Below, piece after piece: positions 37,124 through 47,216 of a stretch of 64,000 nucleotides of DNA. A program made the position numbers and the translations under genes. Source of the DNA: an uncultured Candidatus Saccharibacteria bacterium. Lineage in GTDB: Bacteria; Patescibacteriota; UBA1384; XYA2-FULL-43-10; 1-14-0-10-43-13. The notes beneath the pieces are model-generated. The model was not told where the DNA came from. It made no database searches and was given only the letters and a program-made list of their open reading frames with translations. The DNA lies in contig CAZVMH010000003.1 in assembly GCA_964628585.1 (NCBI GenBank), positions 28,470 through 92,469 on the forward strand, written 5' to 3'. Each line of letters begins with the position of its first letter. Position 1 is the stretch's first letter.

Positions 37124-40100
37124 TTATAAGTCAGGAATAGTTATCGATACAATATTAGAAGGCTCAGAATAATCATCTGGAAGTCTTGCCCTAATCCTGT
37201 AATAGTAGGTGTTACCCGGAATCAATTCATAGTCGTCCATTTTGGAAGTTTCATTAGCTGCAATATCCCATGAGAGGTCACGATCCCAGTTATTTTCGAA
37301 AACATGATTATTGTTTCTATAGAGATAAAACATCATTTCATTTGGCGAATTATCCTGCCAATTAAGCTGGACTGTGTTATTCTCAGTAAGAACTGCGGTT
37401 AAATTACTTGGAGCCCAATTCGGTATAGTTATTGAAACGACATTTGACCAATTTGAATTCATGCCCCCCTTTAATGCTCTAACACGATAATAGCACGTGC
37501 TACCTGGTAATCTACCTAGATCAACAAATGAATTCGCATAAGGACTTAAACCCCATAGTTTTCCATCAGTAAAACTAGCATTAGAACCAATCTCCAATGT
37601 AAGTGAATCAATATCATTAGCATTATTTTGCCATGTGAGACTAGGTTTTCTATCGGTCGTTAATGCAACAGTGAGATTACTTGGTGCTTCTATTGAGTCG
37701 CTAACATCTGTAGTTATTGCCGATACAGTATTAGATAAACCAGAAAAATAATCAGGCAAACGCTTAGCTCTTACCCTAAAATAGTGTGGGGTATTAGGAT
37801 CTAAATGATCTACTAAAAATTCGTTTTGGTTGGCCTCAATCGTATCAATGGTGTAATTTCTCCCATGAAAAGAAAATGTCTCACTTGTACTTACTTCTAA
37901 TACAAAGCCGTCTTCATTATTGGAATTGTCTTGCCAATCTAGCAGAACAGTATTTAAGGTTACGGCTCGAACTCTTAAATTTGTCGGGGCACTAATACTT
38001 GTATCAGTCAGTGGTCTAGCAGTAACAACATTTGAATATCCAGACATACCTAGCCCTCCAAAAACTGAAATTCGATAATAGTAAGTAACATCTGGAGGTG
38101 GCGCAATATCTTCATAAGTAGTTACATTAGGCTGAGTCCCAAATGAAGCCCACCAATTTTGTGTGAAATCGGCGCTAGTGCTTCTCTCGACAAAAAAGCC
38201 TTCTTCATTATCAGAATTATCTGCCCAGTTAAGCACCACATTGGAGGTATGGTATACGGAAGCAGTGAGATTAGAAGCTGCCGCAGGCGTATATAATGAG
38301 ATAGGAATGATTTCTGAATAATCAGAAAAATGTTCTGTATCCTTATATGCCCTGATTCGATAATAATAGTTTTGTCCTTCGGCAACAGTTGTGTCTGTAT
38401 AAGCACTACCGTTTTCTTCTACTGTAAAAACCTGAAGATCACTGTTGAAATCAAAAGTAGTACTTCTTTCAATTTTGAATCCGTCTTCATTATTTGAGCG
38501 ATCTTCCCAAACAAGAGTTACATGATCTACCCAATAACTTGAAGAATAAAAAGAACCAGGGACTTCAATTGATATGCCCCCCTTGGTTCTAGCAGAAGCA
38601 GAGTTAGAATAATCAGAGCTGTCAATAGAATAATAAGCTCTGACACGATAATAATATCGTGTATCTGGCAATAACCCCTGATCGTTATATGAGTCTATAT
38701 TCGCACCAAGATTGAAAGAAAAGACGTTCTCACTGAACCCTAAATTAGTGCTTCGTTCTAAAATGTATCCCTGTTCCTTATCGGAATTATCACTCCAGCT
38801 TAAATTTATCTGATCATCGGAAATTGCTTGTGCAGACAATTCTGTTGGTGCCGAAAGCTGAAAAGGTATTCTGGTATTAATTTGTATTATTTTGACCTCT
38901 CCTGGGTCCAGAATAATTGTGGCGGTGAATAAATCACTTTCATTTACTTGCCCTTCACTTACAGCAACAACTTGCAAGACAGTAGATAATTGGTCTTGAA
39001 TGTTAATATCGTTTATTTGCCTTGCAGAATGATTAGTAATAGTAAATCTATAATTCAAATCACCACCTTCAGTAGCTTCGAGTGGTGCTTCCTTGTAAAT
39101 TTGAATTTCTGGTATATTTACAGCACACTCCTCCGAATTCAAAGATATTAAAGAATCACTACTTCGCACTGCATGAACTCTATACATGTATGGTAAATTA
39201 CTGTAAGTTATTACATCAATCCAACTTGTGTAATCAAAACCCGATTCGTTCGGGAGTATATGTATAATATTCCACTCTCCATCAGCAAGTTTTCTTTCAA
39301 TTGCATAGCCACTTTCATTTGCACTATTATCCTGCCAACCCATATCAACTTCCAATAATCCGTCAGCCAATAAACAAGCCATATTAGTAGGCGTGTTTAA
39401 ATAAGTCAGACCATTTATTGTTTGACTGTAATCAGAATAGGTCGTACCCAAGTAAGCTCTTACTCTATAAAAATATTGTGTTGCTTCCGTAACTGCTGTA
39501 TCGGTATAAGTCGTAATATCAGCTAAAGTCGAGCCAACTTCTGCAAATGTTCCTGTTTCGCCCTCTTTTCTCTCTATTTTATATCCCTGTTCGCTAGTAT
39601 TATTGTTATCCCATGTTAAAATCATTGTATTAGTGGCCACAACACTGAGATTTGCTGGGACATTGAGTGTTGACGTACCAACTGGGACATTCGCCTCATT
39701 TGAATACAATGAAAATGCGCCATTAGTTTTTGTTGCTTTCACTCGATAATAATATGTATGGCCAGTCGTGACGGTTGAATCAGAGTAACTTGAAGTATTG
39801 GCTGGAAGATCTGTTGTAAGCGCTGCCCAAGTCCCCCCTAAATCAGTTTTTCTTTCAATAGTATAGTGTGATTCCGCATTTGACACGTCGGTCCAAGCAA
39901 GGTTAACAGAAGTGGCGCTATTTAATGTCGCCGTAAGACCAGTAGGAGTTTTTAAAAATGAAGTAGCAGAAATGGTAGCAGAAAATGCTGAATTGCCTCC
40001 AGCATTATAGGCGTACACTCTGTAGTAATAAAGCGTTCCTTCGGCAACCATTGTAGTGTTTGTTAGTGTTACATTACTACCGCTGCCAGCCACACTGGAT

Positions 40101-40399
40101 GCAGAGAATTGATCTTTGGGCACAAAACTAGAATCTACACTTCTCTCAACTTTAAAGCCGGTTTCGTTGGTAGAACGGTCGGTCCATTCTAGTTTTATTG
40201 AATTATAGGCAAGAACTGTGGCTCTAAAGTTATCTGGCACAGGGGGTGGATCGACGGCAAAAACATTTTTTGCAGAAAAACCACAAACGAAGATCGCTAT
40301 AATTGCTAAAAAAATCAAACTAAATTTAAGAGATTTTATTTTTATAAATTTTATCATTCCCTCGCTTAATGATTTTCTAATAATAATATTGATCATCAA
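37124..40399 (-). CDS. Giant cell-surface protein with about 10 tandem fibronectin type III-like repeats
   Basis: 1091 aa. N-terminal signal/TM. Repeats of about 100 aa each begin with a W(T/Q)D.S.NE.G(Y/F).(I/V)ER motif (LEWTDRSTNETGFKVERS, LAWTDVSNAESHYTIERK, LTWDNNNTSEQGYKIERK, WQDNSANESGYAIERK, LSWSDNSDKEQGYILERS, LVWEDRSNNEDGFKIERS, LNWADNSDNEEGFFVERS, LDWQDNSNNEDGFVLEVS, LTWQNNANDIDSLTLEIGS, LNWQDNSPNEMMFYLYRN) and end in YYYRVRA. Confidence 0.75.
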   Translation of the reverse strand: MMINIIIRKSLSEGMIKFIKIKSLKFSLIFLAIIAIFVCGFSAKNVFAVDPPPVPDNFRATVLAYNSIKLEWTDRSTNETGFKVERSVDSSFVPKDQFSASSVAGSGSNVTLTNTTMVAEGTLYYYRVYAYNAGGNSAFSATISATSFLKTPTGLTATLNSATSVNLAWTDVSNAESHYTIERKTDLGGTWAALTTDLPANTSSYSDSTVTTGHTYYYRVKATKTNGAFSLYSNEANVPVGTSTLNVPANLSVVATNTMILTWDNNNTSEQGYKIERKEGETGTFAEVGSTLADITTYTDTAVTEATQYFYRVRAYLGTTYSDYSQTINGLTYLNTPTNMACLLADGLLEVDMGWQDNSANESGYAIERKLADGEWNIIHILPNESGFDYTSWIDVITYSNLPYMYRVHAVRSSDSLISLNSEECAVNIPEIQIYKEAPLEATEGGDLNYRFTITNHSARQINDINIQDQLSTVLQVVAVSEGQVNESDLFTATIILDPGEVKIIQINTRIPFQLSAPTELSAQAISDDQINLSWSDNSDKEQGYILERSTNLGFSENVFSFNLGANIDSYNDQGLLPDTRYYYRVRAYYSIDSSDYSNSASARTKGGISIEVPGSFYSSSYWVDHVTLVWEDRSNNEDGFKIERSTTFDFNSDLQVFTVEENGSAYTDTTVAEGQNYYYRIRAYKDTEHFSDYSEIIPISLYTPAAASNLTASVYHTSNVVLNWADNSDNEEGFFVERSTSADFTQNWWASFGTQPNVTTYEDIAPPPDVTYYYRISVFGGLGMSGYSNVVTARPLTDTSISAPTNLRVRAVTLNTVLLDWQDNSNNEDGFVLEVSTSETFSFHGRNYTIDTIEANQNEFLVDHLDPNTPHYFRVRAKRLPDYFSGLSNTVSAITTDVSDSIEAPSNLTVALTTDRKPSLTWQNNANDIDSLTLEIGSNASFTDGKLWGLSPYANSFVDLGRLPGSTCYYRVRALKGGMNSNWSNVVSITIPNWAPSNLTAVLTENNTVQLNWQDNSPNEMMFYLYRNNNHVFENNWDRDLSWDIAANETSKMDDYELIPGNTYYYRIRARLPDDYSEPSNIVSITIPDL

Positions 40400-40416
40400 A
40401 ATTAAAATACAAAAAG

Positions 40417-43400
40417 CTAATTCACTGTCACTCTAAAGCTCACCTCTTTGATTTCTTTTGGTGCGTAAGACCCGAGATCCCAATTAATTATACCTCCTTC
40501 TGCAGTCCCGCCGTCAGTAGCAGATTGAAAAGTTGTCCCTGCCGGAACCGGGTCGGAAAGATTAAGATCGGTTGCCGCAAAAGAAGCTTCGTCAGACTCC
40601 GGCATCACTTTTATTGTATATTCCACTATGTCCCCTGGGCCTGCTTCCGCTTTATCAACCGTTTTTACAAGTACAAGCTCATCCACGTCATAGATAATGA
40701 ATCTGTCCTTCCCTGAATCGGTAATTACCATTTTACCAGGGATGTCTAAAGAGATGCCGTGCACCTTTTCGAACTTATTGTTATTGAAGGGGATGTTCGA
40801 TATTTTTTTAACTATCTGCCCCGCCTTATTCATAATCACCACGCCATAATAGCTATCAGCATAAAATATATAATTCTTTGTTACCGCAAGAGCTTCTCCG
40901 CTGCTGGTATATTCTTTAGGTATCGCCCAACCATTGGGGTTTATCTGAAGTATTTTGGAAGTAGTATTTACATAAAGAAATCCGTCTGAGCTTTTTTCAA
41001 TATTTGCCATGCCATAAAGCTTGTAGGCATATTTTGGATTGGTAGGAAAGCTAGGATCGTGCCAGACAAGGGGACCGCTGTCAACATCGGCGCCAAACCA
41101 ACCGTTAAGCCGAATACCATCATCATTAAAATCATGCTGAAAAACGTATATCGCCATGGTTCCATTACCGACAACATATAATCGATCTGTGCTTTCTTCG
41201 TAAGCAATATCGAAAGGTTGTCGGATAACATTAAGCCCTGCGCTGTAGTTTTTTACCGGACCCTCATCGTGGCCATGCCATGAGGCAGGAATAGAGGATG
41301 ATGTACTTGTTGACCCCCACCAGCCAATAAAACTCAAGCTGCCGTCCCCGTTTATTCTATATTTCGAAATTCGATCATTTTCACGTTCTGCGACATAAAT
41401 ATAGTCAGATTGCCCGGAACTCTTTTTTTTCACAATAACTATATTCTGCGGGATATTAAATTGCCCGTCATTGTCTCCAGCATAACCGGCAAGGGCGGGA
41501 GAGCCGGCAGAGTGCCAGCCGGTTGTGCCAGTGTTATCCTTGCCCCACCAACCAAGCGCCTCCCAAGAGCTATTAACTTTAACTATTCTATTGTTATCTG
41601 AATCGGGAAACCAGATGTTGCCCTGTGAGTCAGCCGAAACATGCCCCCTGGAATAATAAATTTTGTTCCCCGTATTCCCCCTCCTCCCCATGTTCTGCAG
41701 AAAGTTAAAATTTGAGTCATATTTTAATATCCTGTTATTTGAATTGGCATGATAAAATGACCCTGTTGCTCCAGTATCAACAATCCAAAAATTACCATCC
41801 GCATCATGCTTAAAATCAAAAAACTGTGAATACGAAGAAGGCGGCTTGCCGGGTGTACCTTCGCTAACGCTATCATTTTTTGTAGAAGTTTCAATAATAT
41901 TTCGAATAAAAGAACCGGTAGTTGAATATTCCTTAATGGTCCCTTTGCCGTCTGTTTTTGCGTCATCATCTGCAACCCCAACATAAAGCTTCCCGTTATT
42001 TAACTCTATGGCTCTAGGAACATTCATAATATTGTCCTTAAGATCTTGAGGAAAAACTCCCCCGACATACCCGATATCTGAGCCAAAACCAATTTGTAAA
42101 ACCATGTTCCCGCTCTGGTCGAATTTAGCTACTCCTGAATCAAAGTCACTGGTACTCCAGCCACTTGAATATTCAACATGAGAAATAAAAATATTCCCCG
42201 CGTCATCAACATCAAAACCAAACGGGCGGTAGTGCATCTTTGTCTGGGCAGGAACGCTATTTTGATAAGTCCAACTGCTACCATTGGTTTGAAATATTTT
42301 TAGCCGTTTGTGAGCCGAGTCGGTTACTGCCACCCTATTATTCGGCAGATTTATCAACCCGTGGGGCCGGGCCAAATTTTCATTGCTGTGTCCTAGCGCC
42401 CCGTAGTTATAACCAAAATTTCCATCATTATTGATTACAACGATTCGATGATTAGACGAATCGCTTACGAATATATTGCCCTGGCCGTCTGTGGTAACAC
42501 CTTCCGGGCCATAAAAACCCATGTTCTTATTTGAACTTTTTGGATAGATAGTAATGACAGATGGATTAAATGCATGCCAGCCGGCAAACCCAGTATTGTC
42601 TTCCCCCCACCAGCCAGAACAACCGATAGACCCGTCTTCATTAATTACAAATTTCTGGACTCTGTTATTAGCATGTTCGGCGACATAAATATTATTTTGA
42701 TAGATATTTATTGCCATCGCCTTGTCAAGACTCCCGTCTCGACTCCCGGTCGTCGATTTCTTGCCGCTTCCGGGAATATGCCAGCTCGCAACCCCAGTGT
42801 CATCCCTGCCCCACCAACCCTTAAAGACGTAGTTACTATCATATTTGGAGATTTTGGAATCATCAATCAAATAGATGTTATTTTGGCTGTCGAGAGTAAC
42901 ATCATTAATGTATGAGGTTAGACTCTCCTCAGTGCCAGAACCAAAAGTTTTGACACTGATATTATTTTGAGGAGTGATTTTAACAATACGAGAATTAGTC
43001 GAATCGGCCACATACAGGTTGTCTTGCGAGTCAAGAGAAATACCGCGAGGATCATCAAACGCCCCGACTTCGCTGCTGCCATATTTGTACGGCACCTTCC
43101 CGCTTCCCACTGAATGCCAACCCAGACCATTCACACTATCCTTGCCCCACCAGCCAAGAAAATTGAAATTGGGGTCATATTTCATGATCCGATTATTTAG
43201 CGAATCGGCAAGGTATATATTACCCTGGGAATCAGCTTTGGCGGATGAGCGAATGTAATTTAATTCTCCGTCACCATAACTTCTCGAACCAATTTTTCTA
43301 ATGAACTGACCGTTTTTTTCAAATGTTTGAATCCTACCCCCGTAAGAGGTATCGGAGCCATAAAAATCGGAAACATAAACTTTCTGATCGGGACCAATCT

Positions 43401-43977
43401 TAATTACAAGAGGGTTTTCAAAAGCTCCATCTTCAATCCCCCACTTGCCTTTTTTACCGGACCCCGGCTCATGCCAACCAATCGTATTTTGTGTGTCCTT
43501 CCCCCACCAACCAAGCCAGTTCCCCTCCGTATCCATTTTTACAACTCGAAAATTGTTATAATCTGCAACGTATAAATTATTGTCGCCATCTATAGCAATG
43601 CCTCTGGGGCCATCAAATTGATTGTCCCCATACCCCAAGCTACCCCACCTTTTGATTAATGTGGTTCCTGTCGGATCAAATTTTGTTATAGCATTTGATC
43701 CATTTTCCACAATATAAATGTTGTTTTGAGAATCAAATGCAATTGACCTGGGCTCATTAAAATCATACAAAGCAGCAATATCCGGCTTCATGACAGGGTT
43801 AGTCGCATTGAAGCTTGCCCCCGTCTCGGCTTTTATCTCCTCTTTATTGAATATTTTTATAGAACCACCAATTAGCAACAAAGCCAACGCCACTACCAAA
43901 TAGGCATGGATTATTTTTTTGCTTTTTGCCCCTGTTATCAAATGCATTAAACTATTCATTCTATCTATTGTCCTCAC
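40417..43977 (-). CDS. Giant surface protein with about 7 NHL-type beta-propeller repeat units carrying a Trp-rich GWWG..GWH motif, plus a C-terminal DUF11 (conserved repeat) domain
   Basis: 1186 aa. N-terminal TM. NHL-like blades (NNRIVK, SNHRIVVIN, NNRIMKYD). Seven recurrences of (L/I)GWWG(K/E)D..G..GWH.PGSGK. The C-terminus VEYTIKV...TDLNLSDPVPAGTTF is typical of DUF11. Confidence 0.7.
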   Translation of the reverse strand: MRTIDRMNSLMHLITGAKSKKIIHAYLVVALALLLIGGSIKIFNKEEIKAETGASFNATNPVMKPDIAALYDFNEPRSIAFDSQNNIYIVENGSNAITKFDPTGTTLIKRWGSLGYGDNQFDGPRGIAIDGDNNLYVADYNNFRVVKMDTEGNWLGWWGKDTQNTIGWHEPGSGKKGKWGIEDGAFENPLVIKIGPDQKVYVSDFYGSDTSYGGRIQTFEKNGQFIRKIGSRSYGDGELNYIRSSAKADSQGNIYLADSLNNRIMKYDPNFNFLGWWGKDSVNGLGWHSVGSGKVPYKYGSSEVGAFDDPRGISLDSQDNLYVADSTNSRIVKITPQNNISVKTFGSGTEESLTSYINDVTLDSQNNIYLIDDSKISKYDSNYVFKGWWGRDDTGVASWHIPGSGKKSTTGSRDGSLDKAMAINIYQNNIYVAEHANNRVQKFVINEDGSIGCSGWWGEDNTGFAGWHAFNPSVITIYPKSSNKNMGFYGPEGVTTDGQGNIFVSDSSNHRIVVINNDGNFGYNYGALGHSNENLARPHGLINLPNNRVAVTDSAHKRLKIFQTNGSSWTYQNSVPAQTKMHYRPFGFDVDDAGNIFISHVEYSSGWSTSDFDSGVAKFDQSGNMVLQIGFGSDIGYVGGVFPQDLKDNIMNVPRAIELNNGKLYVGVADDDAKTDGKGTIKEYSTTGSFIRNIIETSTKNDSVSEGTPGKPPSSYSQFFDFKHDADGNFWIVDTGATGSFYHANSNNRILKYDSNFNFLQNMGRRGNTGNKIYYSRGHVSADSQGNIWFPDSDNNRIVKVNSSWEALGWWGKDNTGTTGWHSAGSPALAGYAGDNDGQFNIPQNIVIVKKKSSGQSDYIYVAERENDRISKYRINGDGSLSFIGWWGSTSTSSSIPASWHGHDEGPVKNYSAGLNVIRQPFDIAYEESTDRLYVVGNGTMAIYVFQHDFNDDGIRLNGWFGADVDSGPLVWHDPSFPTNPKYAYKLYGMANIEKSSDGFLYVNTTSKILQINPNGWAIPKEYTSSGEALAVTKNYIFYADSYYGVVIMNKAGQIVKKISNIPFNNNKFEKVHGISLDIPGKMVITDSGKDRFIIYDVDELVLVKTVDKAEAGPGDIVEYTIKVMPESDEASFAATDLNLSDPVPAGTTFQSATDGGTAEGGIINWDLGSYAPKEIKEVSFRVTVN

Positions 43978-44100
43978 GATAAATTTCCCTGATTAACCGT
44001 TTCCCTATGCACTACTTCAATAGCAACATTATAACCAAAAAGCAAAGATTAGGCTGAAATATTTTGTCAGTTTGTTATGCTTAGTCATGTTGCCTCGGGG

Positions 44101-45021
44101 CTAAGGAATGAACTTGATGCTTACACCGTCCACACGAGGCTGAATCCAGACACCATTATTAACTCCGAGAGTTTGTGTACTTGTCCATGCATCAACTGGG
44201 CCGATATCCACAAGCGCCTGAAGTTGCGCATCCCACCAGTAGCCTACCGGTTCAACCCAATTGTCACCGTTTGGATCAAGAGAGGCCTGTGCCCAAGTTC
44301 TGTCAGCACTGCCTTCCTTTGTGAATAACACTTTGTTGTTTGCACCATCAACATCTACAGGAGATGTAAACGGATTGCCAACAAGTGCCCAGCCAGTTTT
44401 CCCGATATTAACAATTTTAGGAGCAGTTTCTGGAACTGTAGCATAAGTAATTGTGCCAGTATTCCCTGTAGCGTTGACCCAGTATCCTTGTCCCGTATCC
44501 AAATGCCCGCCGCTAGCGAAAGCTCCATTGTCCTCTCCGCACTCACTCCACGCGTCCCAAACTATCAAACTTCCGTTAGAGTTTTGCCAATGAAACACAC
44601 TGCCGTCGATTGATATTTCACCGGGATACGGAGCCCTATTCTCACAATCAAAATGAAAAACACTCTCTGCCCTACTATTAGCTGGTTTTTGCGATAAAGC
44701 GAAGAGATACCAGCCCGATTTGCTGAAATTGAAGGTTGCTTCAGATGGTGGAGCTACTATGGTGGTCATGACTGTGTTACTAGTGACAGTTTTTTGTTGT
44801 CCTTGGCTGTCAGTATAGGTTAGGGTGGCTTGATTTGTTATTGGCCCAATAGGATTCTCGCTCGCCTGTCTATTAAGTTTATCCAGATTCAAATACAGAC
44901 CCAAGCCCGCTATTGCCGCCACAAGCACCAAAAGCGAGAGTCTTACATTCTTTCTCGAACCAATTAGCTTTGAGAACACTGCTTTTAACTTACTCATGCT
45001 CCTCCTAGAAAAATTTAACAT
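44101..45021 (-). CDS. Hypothetical secreted protein
   Basis: 306 aa. The likely start is the internal MSKLKAV, followed by a signal-anchor LSLLVLVAAIAGLGLYL. Trp/Gly-rich. No motif recognised. Confidence 0.45.
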   Translation of the reverse strand: MLNFSRRSMSKLKAVFSKLIGSRKNVRLSLLVLVAAIAGLGLYLNLDKLNRQASENPIGPITNQATLTYTDSQGQQKTVTSNTVMTTIVAPPSEATFNFSKSGWYLFALSQKPANSRAESVFHFDCENRAPYPGEISIDGSVFHWQNSNGSLIVWDAWSECGEDNGAFASGGHLDTGQGYWVNATGNTGTITYATVPETAPKIVNIGKTGWALVGNPFTSPVDVDGANNKVLFTKEGSADRTWAQASLDPNGDNWVEPVGYWWDAQLQALVDIGPVDAWTSTQTLGVNNGVWIQPRVDGVSIKFIP

Positions 45022-45130
45022 ATAATCAATAAATTTTAAGTTCTTTTATAAACATTTGTTTCATAATATCATAAATTATTTAAACAATACAAAAAAATAA
45101 ATCTATTTGTGAAAAAAATGAGTTAGAAAT

Positions 45131-46660
45131 CTATTTTTTAACTCTTTTCTCTTTAATAAACCATTTTTCTATATCAAAATATCTAAATGAAACTTCAGAA
45201 AATTTTCTTTCACTAACTCCTTTTATTTCTTTTTGAACATAAAAATTACATTCCTTAGGATCAAAAAACAAAGCGAGTGATTCATCTGTAACTGTTTTAA
45301 AAAATTGATCATATTTTTCTCTACGTATCTTGTTGTCCGTTGTCATACGAGCTTCCTCAAGCAACTTATCAGATCTTTTATCCGAAAAACCTGAGAAATT
45401 TAATTTATCCATCTGAGAGGTATGCCAAAAAACATATGGATCGGGATCATGAGAAAAATCAAAACCATATAATAAAAGCTCGTATTTTTTTTCATCTAAT
45501 ATTTGTTTCATCTGAGAAGGATTCATATAGCGTAATTCAAGTTCAATGTTTCTTGTAATAAAATTATTTTTTAACTCTTCGGCTTTAGCTCGTTGATACG
45601 GTGCATCCAAAGTCGTTAGAGCGACTTTTATTTTTTCTGGAAAAATATAATCAGAAAATATATTTTTTCTAAACTCTTTATCTTTAAATTTATCGATTCT
45701 TAAGTTTGATATCAGGGCAATTTGTTTTGATGTAGCAAAGCTAAGATCAATAGAGTCATCCAGATTGGCATTTGTACCAGTCAATGCATTTACTTTTTTA
45801 TTATCAAAAGCTTTGGTAGCATCACCGGCTTTAGTATAAAAACCAATCTCTAAATTAGTAATAAAAGGTTTCCCATTGTGATATTTATCGTATGCTAGCA
45901 GTTTAAGATCATCTACTTTTTGATTGGTTTTTTTTACGCTCACATATTTATATGGACCAGTTCCAATAAATTTCTTTGAAAGTTCATCTGGAGAGATATG
46001 AGAGGGTAAAATTCCAAAATCACAGTAATAGATAAAAGGACCATAGATTTTGGGTAATGTAAAGGTTACTTTGTTTGCTCCATCACTTTCCACCAAGACA
46101 TCTTTCCATGCGTCATAAAGCGGACTCTGAAATTCCGGATCTTGAATTTGATTAACTGTATAAACAACATCTTCGGGAGATAAAACAACGCCATCGTGAA
46201 AATAAATATCATTTCGTAGAGTAAAAGTATATGTAAGCTGATTCGGGCTTATCTCCCAACTTTTAGCAATTTTTGGCAAAACGTTTCCATCTTTATCAAT
46301 CTCAACCAAGGGTGAAAAAATTAATCTGGAGATTGAGGTATCAACGTCATTATTGGCTAAAACAGGATTAATATATTTTAGTTCTCCTACGTTCGCCTCT
46401 TTATAATACCCACCAAAATCGGGGACGAGTTTTGTTTGATCTCTATAATATGTATTAATCTTCATTCCCAACATTGTCATAGCAGCCAAAAATAAAATTA
46501 GAGCTAATAACTGCTCCAAAATATTCATTGCTGCCAAACAAGCTCGGATTCGACTAATAAAATTACTCGAAACCAAAAACAAGAATCTTCCAATTCGTTT
46601 TAGCGTATCAACAATAAAAACACTTTTTGTGTTTTGAAGTTTCATAGATGGCCTAACCAA
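45131..46660 (-). CDS. ABC transporter substrate-binding protein, family 5 (peptide/nickel type), membrane anchored. Orphan: no permease is adjacent.
   Basis: 509 aa. N-terminal TM. IAKSWEISPNQLTYTFTLRNDIYFHDG and the overall length are typical of SBP_bac_5. Confidence 0.6.
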   Translation of the reverse strand: MVRPSMKLQNTKSVFIVDTLKRIGRFLFLVSSNFISRIRACLAAMNILEQLLALILFLAAMTMLGMKINTYYRDQTKLVPDFGGYYKEANVGELKYINPVLANNDVDTSISRLIFSPLVEIDKDGNVLPKIAKSWEISPNQLTYTFTLRNDIYFHDGVVLSPEDVVYTVNQIQDPEFQSPLYDAWKDVLVESDGANKVTFTLPKIYGPFIYYCDFGILPSHISPDELSKKFIGTGPYKYVSVKKTNQKVDDLKLLAYDKYHNGKPFITNLEIGFYTKAGDATKAFDNKKVNALTGTNANLDDSIDLSFATSKQIALISNLRIDKFKDKEFRKNIFSDYIFPEKIKVALTTLDAPYQRAKAEELKNNFITRNIELELRYMNPSQMKQILDEKKYELLLYGFDFSHDPDPYVFWHTSQMDKLNFSGFSDKRSDKLLEEARMTTDNKIRREKYDQFFKTVTDESLALFFDPKECNFYVQKEIKGVSERKFSEVSFRYFDIEKWFIKEKRVKK

Positions 46661-46871
46661 TAAAAACGGTCAGAACGGCAGTCAGGCAAAACAAAAATGC
46701 TATTAATATAGTGCTATAAAATAAAAAACTTTCAACTCCTCTTCTCGACCTATAAACATTACCCTCTCCACCAAAAGCTACTCCAAGTCCGCTACCGCGT
46801 TGTTGAAGTAATATTGCTATCATGAGCAATATGGCAAAAATTATTTGAAATATTTCTAATATATTTTTCAT
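46653..46871 (-). CDS. secG: Preprotein translocase subunit SecG
   Basis: 72 aa, two TM segments. LLQQRGSGLGVAFGG matches the SecG glycine-rich loop. Confidence 0.7.
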   Translation of the reverse strand: MKNILEIFQIIFAILLMIAILLQQRGSGLGVAFGGEGNVYRSRRGVESFLFYSTILIAFLFCLTAVLTVFIG

Positions 46872-46895
46872 CCAGTATAATTTACAGCTATTTAG

Positions 46896-46938
46896 TCAAA
46901 AATTCAAGTCCCTACGTTCGACGCTTGAATTTTTGACC
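46896..46938. promoter_or_regulatory. Perfect 14-bp inverted repeat (GTCAAAAATTCAAG...CTTGAATTTTTGAC, 15-nt loop) overlapping the -35 of the tRNA operon promoter
   Basis: Read directly from the sequence. The right arm contains TTGAAT (46925-46930). A TACAAT -10 at 46948-46953 with 17-nt spacing lies about 15 nt before tRNA-Gly. Confidence 0.5.
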
Positions 46939-46968
46939 ATTTTAATCTACAATAATTCTAGTTGTTAC

Positions 46969-47042
46969 GCGGGTATCGTATACCGGTATTATACGTCCTT
47001 GCCAAGGATGAGAAACGGGTTCGACTCCCGTTACCCGCTCCA
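46969..47042 (+). tRNA. tRNA-Gly (anticodon GCC)
   Basis: GCGGGTA...anticodon loop TTGCCAA...T-arm CGGGTTCGACTCCCG...TACCCGCTCCA. Confidence 0.9.
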
Positions 47043-47117
<75 letters not shown>

Positions 47118-47119
47118 GA

Positions 47120-47193
47120 GGTCTGATGGCCGAGTGGTTAGGCAGCGGTCTGCAAAACCGCGTACCCCGGTTCAAGTCCGGGTCAGACCTCCA
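47120..47193 (+). tRNA. tRNA-Cys (anticodon GCA)
   Basis: GGTCTGATGGCCGAGTGGTTAGGCAGCGGTCTGCAAAACCGC...CCCGGTTCAAGTCCGGGTCAGACCTCCA. Confidence 0.9.
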
Positions 47194-47216
47194 ATGTGCT
47201 ATAATGGAATAAATAT

